From the NCBI GenBank assembly GCA_964347265.1, contig CAYFXV010000001.1, positions 14,397 through 78,396 on the forward strand: 64,000 bases of DNA, given 5' to 3'. The notes beneath the pieces were generated by a model. It was not told the origin of the DNA, ran no database searches, and saw only the letters and a list, made by a program, of their open reading frames with translations. Both the position numbers and the translations under genes were made by a program. Origin of the DNA: an uncultured archaeon. GTDB lineage: Archaea; Aenigmatarchaeota; Aenigmatarchaeia; Aenigmatarchaeales; Aenigmatarchaeaceae. The first letter of the stretch is position 1; each line of letters begins with the position of its first letter. This document shows positions 18,467 through 27,462 of the stretch, in pieces.

Positions 18467-19470
18467 TATTGTCTTGCAATATCAGAAAGCCTTTCTGGAA
18501 TTATATGAGGTACTGTTTCTCCTGAAAACTCTAAATATCCTTCCCAAGATTTAGTTCCTTGATTCAAAGGAGCTCTTGAAAATATTCTAAATTGATTACA
18601 AAAATTATCTCTAGGGGCTGCACTAAGATTTACAATATTTAATTGTTCAGAAACTCTATCAATTTTAATTCTTATTGCCTTGTCTAAGAATTTTGCAACA
18701 GCACTAATTTCTTTATCATTCATTTTTTGAAAACTAGAATTTTCTAAGGTCATTACAACAAATTCCGTTTTTCCAAAAACAGGAGACCATTCAACAAAAA
18801 ATACAACCTTGCTTTCTTCATCAAAATCTATAACCAATTCTTCTTTAATTAAAGCCTTAACCCAAGATTTCCAATACTTTTTACTTCCTAATTTCATAGT
18901 CAGGGCAGTTTTAGCTAAGGGTTTGTCTTCACAATGGAATTGAGCATGAAAATGTTCTAAAGAAGATGCTGCCTTAGAACCGCAATTAACATGCATAGAA
19001 ACATATTTTTTCTTTGAAAGTTTTCCTATTTTCTTTACAAGCTTAATACTATCTACCCAATTATTCAATAACAAATCTCTCGGATCTACTATGTGTCTTT
19101 TATAATTATGAACTACTACACCATGTATTTTCGCAAAAGGAAATAAATTTGAAAAAACAAGAGAATCATTTAAGATATATTGTTTTTTCAATCCAGTTTC
19201 TTTTGAAAACTTAGCACATTTTTTAGGATCACAAAAAAAGCATCTTAATGAAGGTGTTTTGAAACCGAGAGTAGTAGTTTCTATTTTTCTAGCTTCTCTT
19301 TCAGGAGCTATTCTAGATCTAGAATAAAAAGCAGGGTTGTTTCTTATTTTAGTTTCACATGCTTTAGATTGACCTTCTGGCTCTACAACAAAAACCCTAA
19401 TTGTTTTTTCGAGTTTTTTTAAGTCTGTTTTTCTAACCCCTTTTAGGTACTTTTCTAAAGCTTTTAGCAT
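18463..19470 (-). CDS. GalT-family (HIT-like) nucleotidyltransferase, either a galactose-1-phosphate uridylyltransferase or an NDP-glucose phosphorylase-like enzyme.
   Basis: 335 aa. It has an N-terminal zinc motif CFFCDPKKC and an H-x-H-x-Q motif in LEHFHAQFH, matching GalT's HPHGQ. It is adjacent to the phosphohexomutase. Confidence 0.5.
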   Translation of the reverse strand: MLKALEKYLKGVRKTDLKKLEKTIRVFVVEPEGQSKACETKIRNNPAFYSRSRIAPEREARKIETTTLGFKTPSLRCFFCDPKKCAKFSKETGLKKQYILNDSLVFSNLFPFAKIHGVVVHNYKRHIVDPRDLLLNNWVDSIKLVKKIGKLSKKKYVSMHVNCGSKAASSLEHFHAQFHCEDKPLAKTALTMKLGSKKYWKSWVKALIKEELVIDFDEESKVVFFVEWSPVFGKTEFVVMTLENSSFQKMNDKEISAVAKFLDKAIRIKIDRVSEQLNIVNLSAAPRDNFCNQFRIFSRAPLNQGTKSWEGYLEFSGETVPHIIPERLSDIARQY

Positions 19471-19521
19471 AAAAATATTTCATATAACTTTTATTAATAG
19501 TTTTAAAATTTAACTATTATT

Positions 19522-19595
19522 GCCCCTATAGTTCAATTTGGATAGAATAACTCCCTGCGGAGGAGTTGATTTGGGTTCGAATCCCAATGGGGGCA
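19522..19595 (+). tRNA. tRNA-Arg (anticodon GCG).
   Basis: Manual fold: acceptor GCCCCTA/TGGGGGC, anticodon stem ACTCC/GGAGT with loop CTGCGGA, T-loop TTCGAAT. The track ORF 19538.. overlaps it. Confidence 0.8.
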
Positions 19596-19624
19596 TTTAT
19601 TTTTATAGAAAAATAATATCTTTT

Positions 19625-19933
19625 ATGGTAGAATCCCCTTTTGTTATTTTAATTGAAATGTTGCAGGCCTTGATTGAGAACTTTATTGGTAGTTTTCAAA
19701 TTATTTATATAAAATTAATTGAACTTTTTATTACATTATCAATTATATCTGGAGTTAGTCCTGTAGCTTTTGTTGTTGTTGTAATTTTTGGTTCATTAGT
19801 TCTATTCTTTATTTTAAAGTTTGTTTTTGGTTCATCAAAGATATTGTTAGTAATATTCTTATTTTATTTCATATTCATGGTAATAATTTCATTTTCTATG
19901 TTATCTGCAACCCAAGCTGCACCACCTGCTTAG
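19625..19933 (+). CDS. Small hydrophobic membrane protein (hypothetical).
   Basis: Track ORF 19538..19933 trimmed to an internal Met downstream of the tRNA. It is strongly hydrophobic. Low confidence. Confidence 0.25.
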   Translation: MVESPFVILIEMLQALIENFIGSFQIIYIKLIELFITLSIISGVSPVAFVVVVIFGSLVLFFILKFVFGSSKILLVIFLFYFIFMVIISFSMLSATQAAPPA

Positions 19934-19935
19934 AA

Positions 19936-20634
19936 TTATAATTTTTGAATCAGTCTAGCAGTATCAGTTAAGGCTTTCTCTAATTTTTTATCTTCTGGCC
20001 TTTCAAGTAATATAAATTCAACAGAAGTTACAAAACCTTCTTTAATAAGAAAATTAGGAGTAATGTGCACATACAACATGCCTTTTTTTATTAAATTAAT
20101 TAAGAATTTTTTCTTATTCAAGAATTTACAAACTTTATCTGCTTTTTCATTTTTCAAAGAAAATAATCTATACAAACCTACAGATAAACTGTAAAGACCT
20201 ATAACTAAGAACAAAAACAAAATAAGTGCCCTAAATAGTATTAAAAATACAACTTGGAATAATGTAAACCAAATCAAATATGCTGTATACAATAAAATTA
20301 TTCCAAACAAAGTTACCAAAATAACTCTTATAGGTAAGTTCCCCCAATCTGCAGCTCTAAACTTTCTCTTTCCCTCATCATAAACTATCCATAAGTTATG
20401 TGGTTTTGTATATGCTCTTAAAACATAAGTAAGGGGATATTGAACAAATTCTACTCTAATTTTTCCAATTTTCTTAATCTTAACCCCAGAAACAAACCAA
20501 TAAAGACATACTGCAATGATTAAAGCTTCAATCAACAGAAGTATTGAAAAAAGTTGTCTTGATATAAAAGAAACAGGAAAAGACAGTATAAGTACTACAA
20601 AAAAAGTAATCATAAAAAACTTCAATTTGTTCAT
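19936..20634 (-). CDS. Membrane protein, possibly a bacterial-PH-domain (YdbT-like) protein.
   Basis: 232 aa with N-terminal TM helices, a soluble segment and further TM segments. No definitive motif. Confidence 0.35.
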   Translation of the reverse strand: MNKLKFFMITFFVVLILSFPVSFISRQLFSILLLIEALIIAVCLYWFVSGVKIKKIGKIRVEFVQYPLTYVLRAYTKPHNLWIVYDEGKRKFRAADWGNLPIRVILVTLFGIILLYTAYLIWFTLFQVVFLILFRALILFLFLVIGLYSLSVGLYRLFSLKNEKADKVCKFLNKKKFLINLIKKGMLYVHITPNFLIKEGFVTSVEFILLERPEDKKLEKALTDTARLIQKL

Positions 20635-20666
20635 ATATATAGATAGATTTTTATTTTATAAATGTA

Positions 20667-21002
20667 ATGTTTATTTTCATGGTAACAATAGAAGACTTCC
20701 AAAAAATAGATATAAGAGTAGGTAAGGTAATTGAAATCAAAGATGCAGAAACAAAAAAACCAATGTACGTTCTTAAAGTGGATTTTGGAGAGTCGGGGAT
20801 TAAACAGTCTATAGCAGGTATAAAACCTAATTACGAAAAAGAAGAGCTTTTAAATAAAAAATTCATATTTGTAATTAATCTAGAACCTAAAAGAATAGCA
20901 AATATATTATCAGAGTGTATGATATTAGCAGCAGAAAAAGATGATAAAGTGGTCATTTTACAACCTGAAAGGGATATAGAAATTGGTTCAAAGATTTCAT
21001 AG
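20667..21002 (+). CDS. tRNA-binding domain protein (CsaA/Trbp111/EMAP-like).
   Basis: 111 aa. FQKIDIRVGKVIEIKD... matches the OB-fold tRNA-binding domain (Myf domain) signature. Confidence 0.7.
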   Translation: MFIFMVTIEDFQKIDIRVGKVIEIKDAETKKPMYVLKVDFGESGIKQSIAGIKPNYEKEELLNKKFIFVINLEPKRIANILSECMILAAEKDDKVVILQPERDIEIGSKIS

Positions 21003-21009
21003 TGATGGA

Positions 21010-21552
21010 ATGGTTGATTTATTTGTAGAATTTGTAAAATCTTTATTAATTATTTTTCCAGCTTATGCTGCTAATGGATTTCCTCCCTTAGCTAAAGGTG
21101 AAAAACCCATGGATTTAAAAAGAAAATGGTTTGACAATAGAAGAATATTTGGAGATGGGAAAACATTTGAAGGATTTGGTTTTGGTTTATTTTCAGGATT
21201 TGTAATTGGTGCTTTAGAAGCTTATCTTTATCCTGATCTTAATGCTTATGCAATGTTTTTTGGAGTCCAATTACCTCTAATTAATTTATTTATTGGTTTC
21301 ATGATAGCTTTAGGAGCGTTGTGTGGTGATTTGGCTGGAAGTTTTCTGAAAAGAAGGTTTAAATTAAAAAGAGGTGCAGATGTTCCATTATTAGACCAAT
21401 GGAATTTCATTATAGGAGCTGTTTTATTTACTTTTTGGTTTACTGAAATAACAATCTGGATGTTTTTAATAATGCTTTTAATAACACCAATATTTCATAG
21501 GATAGCTAATATAATTGCGCATAAAATAAGAGTAAAAAAAGAGCCGTGGTAA
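21010..21552 (+). CDS. carS: CDP-archaeol synthase (CarS).
   Basis: IFPAYAANGFPPLAKGEKPMDLKRKWFDNRRIFGDGKTFEGF matches the CarS/DUF46 signature. I chose the start at the second Met; the track ORF begins at 20983. Confidence 0.75.
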   Translation: MVDLFVEFVKSLLIIFPAYAANGFPPLAKGEKPMDLKRKWFDNRRIFGDGKTFEGFGFGLFSGFVIGALEAYLYPDLNAYAMFFGVQLPLINLFIGFMIALGALCGDLAGSFLKRRFKLKRGADVPLLDQWNFIIGAVLFTFWFTEITIWMFLIMLLITPIFHRIANIIAHKIRVKKEPW

Positions 21553-21553
21553 A

Positions 21554-22237
21554 ATGAAAATAGATTGTCACTGTCATACAATTTACAGCAAACATTGGTT
21601 TTGGGGATTTGATGCTATAAACACGCCCTTGGAAATGATAAAAGTTGCAATAAAAAAAGGTATGGATGGATTAGCAATAACAGACCATGACACAGTAAAA
21701 GGAAGTTTAGTTGGAAAAAAAGTAGCAAAAAGATTTAAAAATTTTATTATAATAACTGGTTCTGAAATAAAAACAAAGGAAGGAGAAATAATTGGTTTAG
21801 ATATAAAAGAAAATATTCCAATAAACCTAAGCATTGGAGAAGCTATAGAAAAAATTCATGATTTAGGAGGTATAGCAGTAGCTCCGCACCCCTTCGGAAG
21901 CTATGTTTTTAGAAAATGTGCTCAAGAAAATGCTTTAAAAGCAGACGCAATAGAAGTTTATAACTCAACTTTAACAAAAAAACAAAATAACAAAGCTTTG
22001 CGTTTAGCAAAAAAATTTAAAAAATCTTTTACAGCTGGGAGTGATGCTCATTCTGCAAGAGAAGTTGGAAATGCTGGAATAATAGTTAATGGAAATCCTA
22101 TAGACTCAATTTTAAAAAACAAAGTAAAAATTTTTGGAAGACATACAAGCATATTAAGAATAGCTGGCACAATATCTAAAAAATTCATTAGATCTATTGA
22201 ATGGAGAATAACAGGTGGAAGGAGAAAATATAGTTAA
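21554..22237 (+). CDS. PHP-domain metal-dependent phosphoesterase.
   Basis: 227 aa. MKIDCHCHTIYSKH and GSDAHS histidine motifs are typical of PHP. Confidence 0.75.
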   Translation: MKIDCHCHTIYSKHWFWGFDAINTPLEMIKVAIKKGMDGLAITDHDTVKGSLVGKKVAKRFKNFIIITGSEIKTKEGEIIGLDIKENIPINLSIGEAIEKIHDLGGIAVAPHPFGSYVFRKCAQENALKADAIEVYNSTLTKKQNNKALRLAKKFKKSFTAGSDAHSAREVGNAGIIVNGNPIDSILKNKVKIFGRHTSILRIAGTISKKFIRSIEWRITGGRRKYS

Positions 22238-22245
22238 AATTTGTT

Positions 22246-22734
22246 TCAGAAAAATTGTAAAATCCAATTTATTCCGTAAAATCCTCCATAAGCAAGGACT
22301 AAAGCCATTATAGTTTTTCCTATGAAACTTGCCAAAAGAAATTTCTTAAATGGATACCTCAAAGTTCCACCAATTATGCCAACTATATCATCTGGAAGAG
22401 GTGTTGCAGCGAATAATACTATTATAAAAAAACCACCATATTTTTTAAACTTTTTTTCCCATTTTTTAATATCTTTCTTATATTTCTTATTTATTATTTT
22501 TCTTCCTCCTAAACCTAAAACATAACCAACTATTTCTCCTATTGCTTCACCTAATCCAGCTAGAATTCCAACTAGAAGAGGATCCAATATAGCACCAGCA
22601 GCAAAAACAATAATATCAGTAGGAAGAATAAATATTATAGTAGAAGAACCTATTAAACTAACTAAGAAAACTCCTAAGTAACCATAAGTTTGGACCAAAG
22701 ACGTAAAAAATTCTAAAATCATTAAAAACACCAA
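22246..22734 (-). CDS. DedA/VTT-domain membrane protein.
   Basis: 162 aa with TM helices and the PLPDDIVGIIGG motif typical of DedA. Confidence 0.65.
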   Translation of the reverse strand: MVFLMILEFFTSLVQTYGYLGVFLVSLIGSSTIIFILPTDIIVFAAGAILDPLLVGILAGLGEAIGEIVGYVLGLGGRKIINKKYKKDIKKWEKKFKKYGGFFIIVLFAATPLPDDIVGIIGGTLRYPFKKFLLASFIGKTIMALVLAYGGFYGINWILQFF

Positions 22735-22765
22735 TAATATATTTTAAGCATTATAACATAATATT

Positions 22766-23365
22766 ATGCTTTATAAAAAAAGAAAATACTTTAAGGAGTT
22801 AAGTAAAAATTTTGGTCGTGTTTTTAGTAAATTCCCTCTCTCTCCAAACCAATGGACAATTTCAAGTTTGATTTTAGCTATAATACTTGTTTATTTTTTA
22901 ATCAATCAAAATTTTTTAATTTCCTTTATTGTTGGCATTTTCACTGTTTCTATTGATATGATAGATGGTGCTGTTGCAAGAGTAACTAAAAGAGCAACAA
23001 AATTTGGAGCTTATTTAGATACTATAATTGATAGATTTATAGAATTTTTTACTATACTTGGCCTATTTTTTGTAGACTATCCTAATTTTATTTTTACTTC
23101 AAAAACTTGGTTAATGGTTTTACTTTTTGGTTCTTTGATGTCATCATATTCAAAACCTGCTGCTCTTGAAAAGAACTTAATTAAAAAGGAATTAAAGGGC
23201 GGCGGAATTCTAGAACATACAGATAGATTAATTTTATTTCTAATTATAATTTTAATATCTAATTTTTCATTGGAGTATGCAAATTATTTAATTGTTTTAA
23301 CTTCGATTCTAACATTGGTATCATTTATTCAAAGATTTTTTATTGTAACAAAAAGATATATATAA
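22766..23365 (+). CDS. CDP-alcohol phosphatidyltransferase (archaetidyl-serine/inositol-phosphate-synthase type).
   Basis: 199 aa. DMIDGAVARVTKRATKFGAYLDTIIDR matches D-G-x2-A-R-x8-G-x3-D-x3-D. Confidence 0.8.
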   Translation: MLYKKRKYFKELSKNFGRVFSKFPLSPNQWTISSLILAIILVYFLINQNFLISFIVGIFTVSIDMIDGAVARVTKRATKFGAYLDTIIDRFIEFFTILGLFFVDYPNFIFTSKTWLMVLLFGSLMSSYSKPAALEKNLIKKELKGGGILEHTDRLILFLIIILISNFSLEYANYLIVLTSILTLVSFIQRFFIVTKRYI

Positions 23366-23385
23366 AACAAAACAGATTTGGTTTT

Positions 23386-23724
23386 ATGAAACAAGCCATT
23401 CTAGTAAGAACTGATCTGAAAATGGGTAAAGGTAAAATAGCCGCACAGTCTGCCCATGCTAGTTTTGTAGCTTTTTTAAAGTCCAATAAAAGAAGTAGGG
23501 AAAAATGGATGAAGGAAGGCATGAAAAAAGTTATTTTAAAAGTCTCTGGTGAAAAAGAACTAAAAAAGTTCCATAGATTGGCAAAAAAGGAAAAGTTACC
23601 TTGCAATTTTATAAGAGATGCTGGCTTAACTCAAACTAAACCAGGAACTATAACTGCTCTAGGAATAGGTCCTGCAAATGATAAGAAAATTGACAAAATA
23701 ACTGGAAAATTAAAATTATTGTGA
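23386..23724 (+). CDS. pth2: Peptidyl-tRNA hydrolase, archaeal type (Pth2).
   Basis: 112 aa. LVRTDLKMGKGKIAAQSAHA and the C-terminal ITALGIGPA are Pth2 signatures. Confidence 0.85.
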   Translation: MKQAILVRTDLKMGKGKIAAQSAHASFVAFLKSNKRSREKWMKEGMKKVILKVSGEKELKKFHRLAKKEKLPCNFIRDAGLTQTKPGTITALGIGPANDKKIDKITGKLKLL

Positions 23725-23725
23725 T

Positions 23726-23989
23726 ATGATGAAGAAAAAATATAAAATAAAAATATATTGGAAACAAATAATTTTGATTGAATTCATACTTGCAATTAGT
23801 TTTTTAATTCCATATTCAATTAGTGCAAATGGTGTTGAAAGTTATGGATTTCCTTTTGCTGTTATAAGAGTAAACAAAATTTCAAATCTTATAAACACAG
23901 ATTGGAATGGATTCTTGTTCAATGTCATCTTTTATATAGCTTTAGTATTTTTATTAAATGTAATTTGGATAAAAATTAAAAAGAAATGA
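23726..23989 (+). CDS. Small membrane protein (hypothetical).
   Basis: 87 aa with two predicted TM segments. Confidence 0.35.
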   Translation: MMKKKYKIKIYWKQIILIEFILAISFLIPYSISANGVESYGFPFAVIRVNKISNLINTDWNGFLFNVIFYIALVFLLNVIWIKIKKK

Positions 23990-23993
23990 TTAT

Positions 23994-24836
23994 ATGTTAG
24001 AAGAATTCATAAATGAAAATTTCTTAATTCCATTATGTCATTATTATACTCCAGTTGGAACAATAAGTTATGGCTTAATTATGGTTTTAGCAGTTATAGG
24101 AACTTACAAACTTCTAAAATATTTAAAAATAAAAATAGATAAAAAATTCTTTATCGGACTTATAACTTTTATAGTATATGGCGGTTGGACAAGAGCTTTA
24201 AGAGATCATAAATTAGGTATTTATCAAAGTAATATTTTTTGTTCGCCACCTATTTACTTTTTTATATTTTTCATAGCTCTAGCTTCTTTATTACTAGGAA
24301 TTTCAATAGAAAAAATAACTAAGAAGAAGAAACGTAAAATTTCTTATGAAAAAATAATGTTTGTAATAGGTTTATGTTTTTTATTGTATAATGCAACTTT
24401 AACTAACATAAAAAACTTTTTTGCATTTTCCTCTATTTTATTATTGGTTGGTTTTTGGTCTTTAGTTTTTTTGGGTATACACAAAATAAAACCGAAATTA
24501 TTATCATTACAAAATGCTGGAATAATAGTTTCACATTTGTTAGATGCAAGCTCAACCTTCATAACACTTTCTTTCTTTGGTTATTGTGAACAACATATCT
24601 TACCAGGTGTTTTAACAGGAGCATATTGTGATGCAAAAAGCTTACCAAATTATTTAATTTTACCATTTAACCCGTGGGTAATGTTTCCATTAAAAATAAT
24701 TGTGGTTTGGATTGTTTTAGCATTAATTGATAGATCTAAAGAGGATATTTTCTTAAAAAGGTTTTTAAAAATCGTAATTTTGATATTAGGGCTAGCATTG
24801 GGCATAAGAGATTTTCTTACGGTTTCTATGCTCTAA
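23994..24836 (+). CDS. Polytopic membrane protein (hypothetical, DUF63-like).
   Basis: 280 aa with multiple TM helices and conserved Cys/His. Confidence 0.4.
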   Translation: MLEEFINENFLIPLCHYYTPVGTISYGLIMVLAVIGTYKLLKYLKIKIDKKFFIGLITFIVYGGWTRALRDHKLGIYQSNIFCSPPIYFFIFFIALASLLLGISIEKITKKKKRKISYEKIMFVIGLCFLLYNATLTNIKNFFAFSSILLLVGFWSLVFLGIHKIKPKLLSLQNAGIIVSHLLDASSTFITLSFFGYCEQHILPGVLTGAYCDAKSLPNYLILPFNPWVMFPLKIIVVWIVLALIDRSKEDIFLKRFLKIVILILGLALGIRDFLTVSML

Positions 24837-24874
24837 AATTAAAGTTTAAGAATTTATGTGTTTAGATAATAAAT

Positions 24875-26116
24875 ATGATGTATCCTATAGATGTGGTATA
24901 TTTGGTATTCGTCTTCATAACATTGTATTTTTCTATATTATTTTTTCTATTATTTTTAAGAAACAAAAGATTAATTAAAAGAATACCTAAACTTACAAAA
25001 CATCCTTCTGTAAGCATAATTATACCAGCTTATAACGAAGAAAATGTCATAGGTAAAACAATTGAAAACTTGAAAAAGCTGATTTATCCGAAAAATAAAC
25101 TTGAAATAATAGTAGTGAATGATGGTTCTAGTGATAAAACTGGACAAATAGCAAGAAGTTTTAAGGGAGTAAAGGTCTTTGATAAAGTTAATCAAGGTAA
25201 AAAAGCATATGCACTTAATTTTGGATTAAAAAGAGCTAAAGGTGAAATAATAGGTTGTATAGATGCTGACTCTTTTCCACGATCAAATGCACTTTTAAAA
25301 TCAGTATCCTTTTTTAATGATCCAAAAGTAGGTGCTGTAACTACTTCTATTTTTGTAAAGGAACCAAAAAAATTGATCCAAAAACTTCAATATTTAGAAT
25401 ACATAATGATAGTTTGGTCTAGAAAATTACTTGAATTTTTAGATGGCATATATGTTACTCCAGGAGCAATGAGTTTGTATAGAAAAAGCGTTTTACAAGA
25501 AGTTGGTGGTTTTGATGAAAAGAATGTAACAGAAGATATAGAAATTGCTTGGAGAATACTTCGTAAAGGATATTTAATTAAGATGTCAACTCTTGCAAGA
25601 GTTTATACAAATGTTCCTTCATCATTTAAAAAATGGTGGAAACAAAGAATAAGATGGAATATAGGAGGTTTTCAAACATCAGTTAAACATATAGACACTA
25701 TTTTTAGATCCAGATTTAAAAGCTTAGGAATATTTGTTGTTCCATTTTTTATATTATCTTATCTTATTTCACTACTTGGTTTTGGAGTATTTGTATATGT
25801 TCTGGGCACAGCAGTCTATGGCTATTCTAATATTATTTTTAAATCATTTCTCTATAGTTCTAATCCTATTAAATATACAAACTTTATGGATTTTTTAATA
25901 CTTCCAAATGTTTTCACAATTTTTGGTTTAAGTATCTTTATTTTATCATTAGTTTGGATGTTCATAGGTTTGAGAGCTACAGGTATGAAAATAAAAGGAT
26001 TTAAAGGAATATATAAGATTTTAATTTACTTAAGTCTGTATATTACAATTTTCCCTATAGTTTTGATAGATTCTATATTTAAATTTGTGAGAGGTAAAGA
26101 TTATAGATGGCGATAA
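24875..26116 (+). CDS. Processive family-2 glycosyltransferase with NodC/HasA/cellulose-synthase-like architecture.
   Basis: 413 aa. N-terminal TM, GT-A domain (SIIIPAYNEE, VVNDGSSD, DADS) and the QRIRW motif (QxxRW of processive beta-glycan synthases), followed by C-terminal TM helices. Confidence 0.8.
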   Translation: MMYPIDVVYLVFVFITLYFSILFFLLFLRNKRLIKRIPKLTKHPSVSIIIPAYNEENVIGKTIENLKKLIYPKNKLEIIVVNDGSSDKTGQIARSFKGVKVFDKVNQGKKAYALNFGLKRAKGEIIGCIDADSFPRSNALLKSVSFFNDPKVGAVTTSIFVKEPKKLIQKLQYLEYIMIVWSRKLLEFLDGIYVTPGAMSLYRKSVLQEVGGFDEKNVTEDIEIAWRILRKGYLIKMSTLARVYTNVPSSFKKWWKQRIRWNIGGFQTSVKHIDTIFRSRFKSLGIFVVPFFILSYLISLLGFGVFVYVLGTAVYGYSNIIFKSFLYSSNPIKYTNFMDFLILPNVFTIFGLSIFILSLVWMFIGLRATGMKIKGFKGIYKILIYLSLYITIFPIVLIDSIFKFVRGKDYRWR

Positions 26117-26117
26117 A

Positions 26118-26771
26118 ATGCAAAGTGATATTTTAATAAAAACCACTTTTATAACAGTAGTTGTTTTTGTATTAGGTATACTTGTTGGTATCTGGTTAGA
26201 CAATGCAAGACTTGAAGATATAAAAGAAAGATTAGCTTTTATGGATATTGAATGGAACGACGCAAGATTACAAAGTGTATTATATCAAAATTTTATAAAC
26301 AGTACAGAGTCTTGTGAAAATGCTATTAATTCAAATTTAGATTTTAATGAGAAGATCTATAAAGAAGGTATAGAAATTGAAAGACGTGAAAATGTAAATA
26401 AATTTACTCCAGAAATAATGTCTGAAAAAAGAAGATATGCCTTATTGCAATTACAGTTTTGGTTAAACAGCATAAACTTGAAAGAATCATGTAAAGCTAA
26501 TTATAGTTCCATTGTATATTTTTACTCATTCTTTGATGAAAATGCAAAAATTAATCAAAAAATTCAGAGTACTATCTTGTCAGACTTGAAAGAAGAATGT
26601 GGAAATCAATTAATTCTAATACCACTTCCTTTTGATTTAAATATCTCCACAATAGAATTCATAAAATCAAATTACAAAATTAATTCTACTCCGTCTATTT
26701 TAATAAATGAAAGAACTGTTTTAGAAGGCATACAAAATAAAGAAAAAATTTTAGAATATATGAGCTGTTAA
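26118..26771 (+). CDS. Membrane-anchored protein translationally coupled to the GT2 synthase.
   Basis: 217 aa with an N-terminal TM. Its start is 2 nt after the GT2 stop. Unknown family. Confidence 0.45.
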   Translation: MQSDILIKTTFITVVVFVLGILVGIWLDNARLEDIKERLAFMDIEWNDARLQSVLYQNFINSTESCENAINSNLDFNEKIYKEGIEIERRENVNKFTPEIMSEKRRYALLQLQFWLNSINLKESCKANYSSIVYFYSFFDENAKINQKIQSTILSDLKEECGNQLILIPLPFDLNISTIEFIKSNYKINSTPSILINERTVLEGIQNKEKILEYMSC

Positions 26772-27379
26772 GTCATTAAAACTAAAAGCATTTTATCAAC
26801 TGCTAAATCTAAATCAGTATACTTTCTATCGATTTCAGAAAAGTCTCTACCTTGTAAAATTATAAGATTATTATTAACTATTACAGACGTTTGGTTAGCA
26901 TAAGAAGGACCTAACAATAGTATTACAGGTTCTATTGGAGTTGGAATTAATTCATCGGTTGAGTTTATAGGTAATGACTTAAAACATCTTACCTCTTCAT
27001 CTTCAAAAAATAACATACAAGAACTACCGTCTACATCTTTAAAACTTCCTGTTTGACCTTTATAATAGTGTCTGTAAACTATTCCTAATTTATTTGTTGT
27101 TTCAAAGCTTGAGGCAACATAAAAAGCATTTTCAGTTTCATTGGGAATGAAAGCTATGTAAATTTTATAAACTTCTGGATTTAGTAAAACATCTTTAATA
27201 GCATCTTCATTAGGATAAACTGGTGTTTTATTGGCCTCAAACAAATTTGCTCTAAAATGTCTTATATCACCTTCATAATACAAAGAATAAGGATCTTTAA
27301 AGGTTCCTAAATTATTTAATAGGAAAACAAAAGCAATAACAATTATTGCTATTATTACTATAATATAATTTTTTTCCAT
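26768..27379 (-). CDS. Secreted/membrane-anchored hypothetical protein.
   Basis: 203 aa with an N-terminal hydrophobic anchor. Confidence 0.4.
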   Translation of the reverse strand: MEKNYIIVIIAIIVIAFVFLLNNLGTFKDPYSLYYEGDIRHFRANLFEANKTPVYPNEDAIKDVLLNPEVYKIYIAFIPNETENAFYVASSFETTNKLGIVYRHYYKGQTGSFKDVDGSSCMLFFEDEEVRCFKSLPINSTDELIPTPIEPVILLLGPSYANQTSVIVNNNLIILQGRDFSEIDRKYTDLDLAVDKMLLVLMT

Positions 27380-27394
27380 ATACTAACCTCTGAT

Positions 27395-27462
27395 TCTCGA
27401 GAAATAAAAAGAAAAAGAAAAAAGGGGTAGCTGATTTCTTCAAACTATTCTATTAAGAATAG
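27395..27462 (-). terminator. Putative terminator of the S-layer-like gene: a hairpin overlapping the stop codon followed by T-tracts.
   Basis: Inverted repeat CTATTCT-atta-AGAATAG at 27445..27462 spans the stop. On the transcribed strand it is followed by CCCCTTTTTCTTTTTCTTTTT. Confidence 0.4.

Noticed and set aside
19538-19624. N-terminal 29 codons of track ORF 19538..19933.
   Set aside because: This segment overlaps tRNA-Arg (19522..19595) on the same strand. The coding call was trimmed to the hydrophobic C-terminal part and kept at low confidence.
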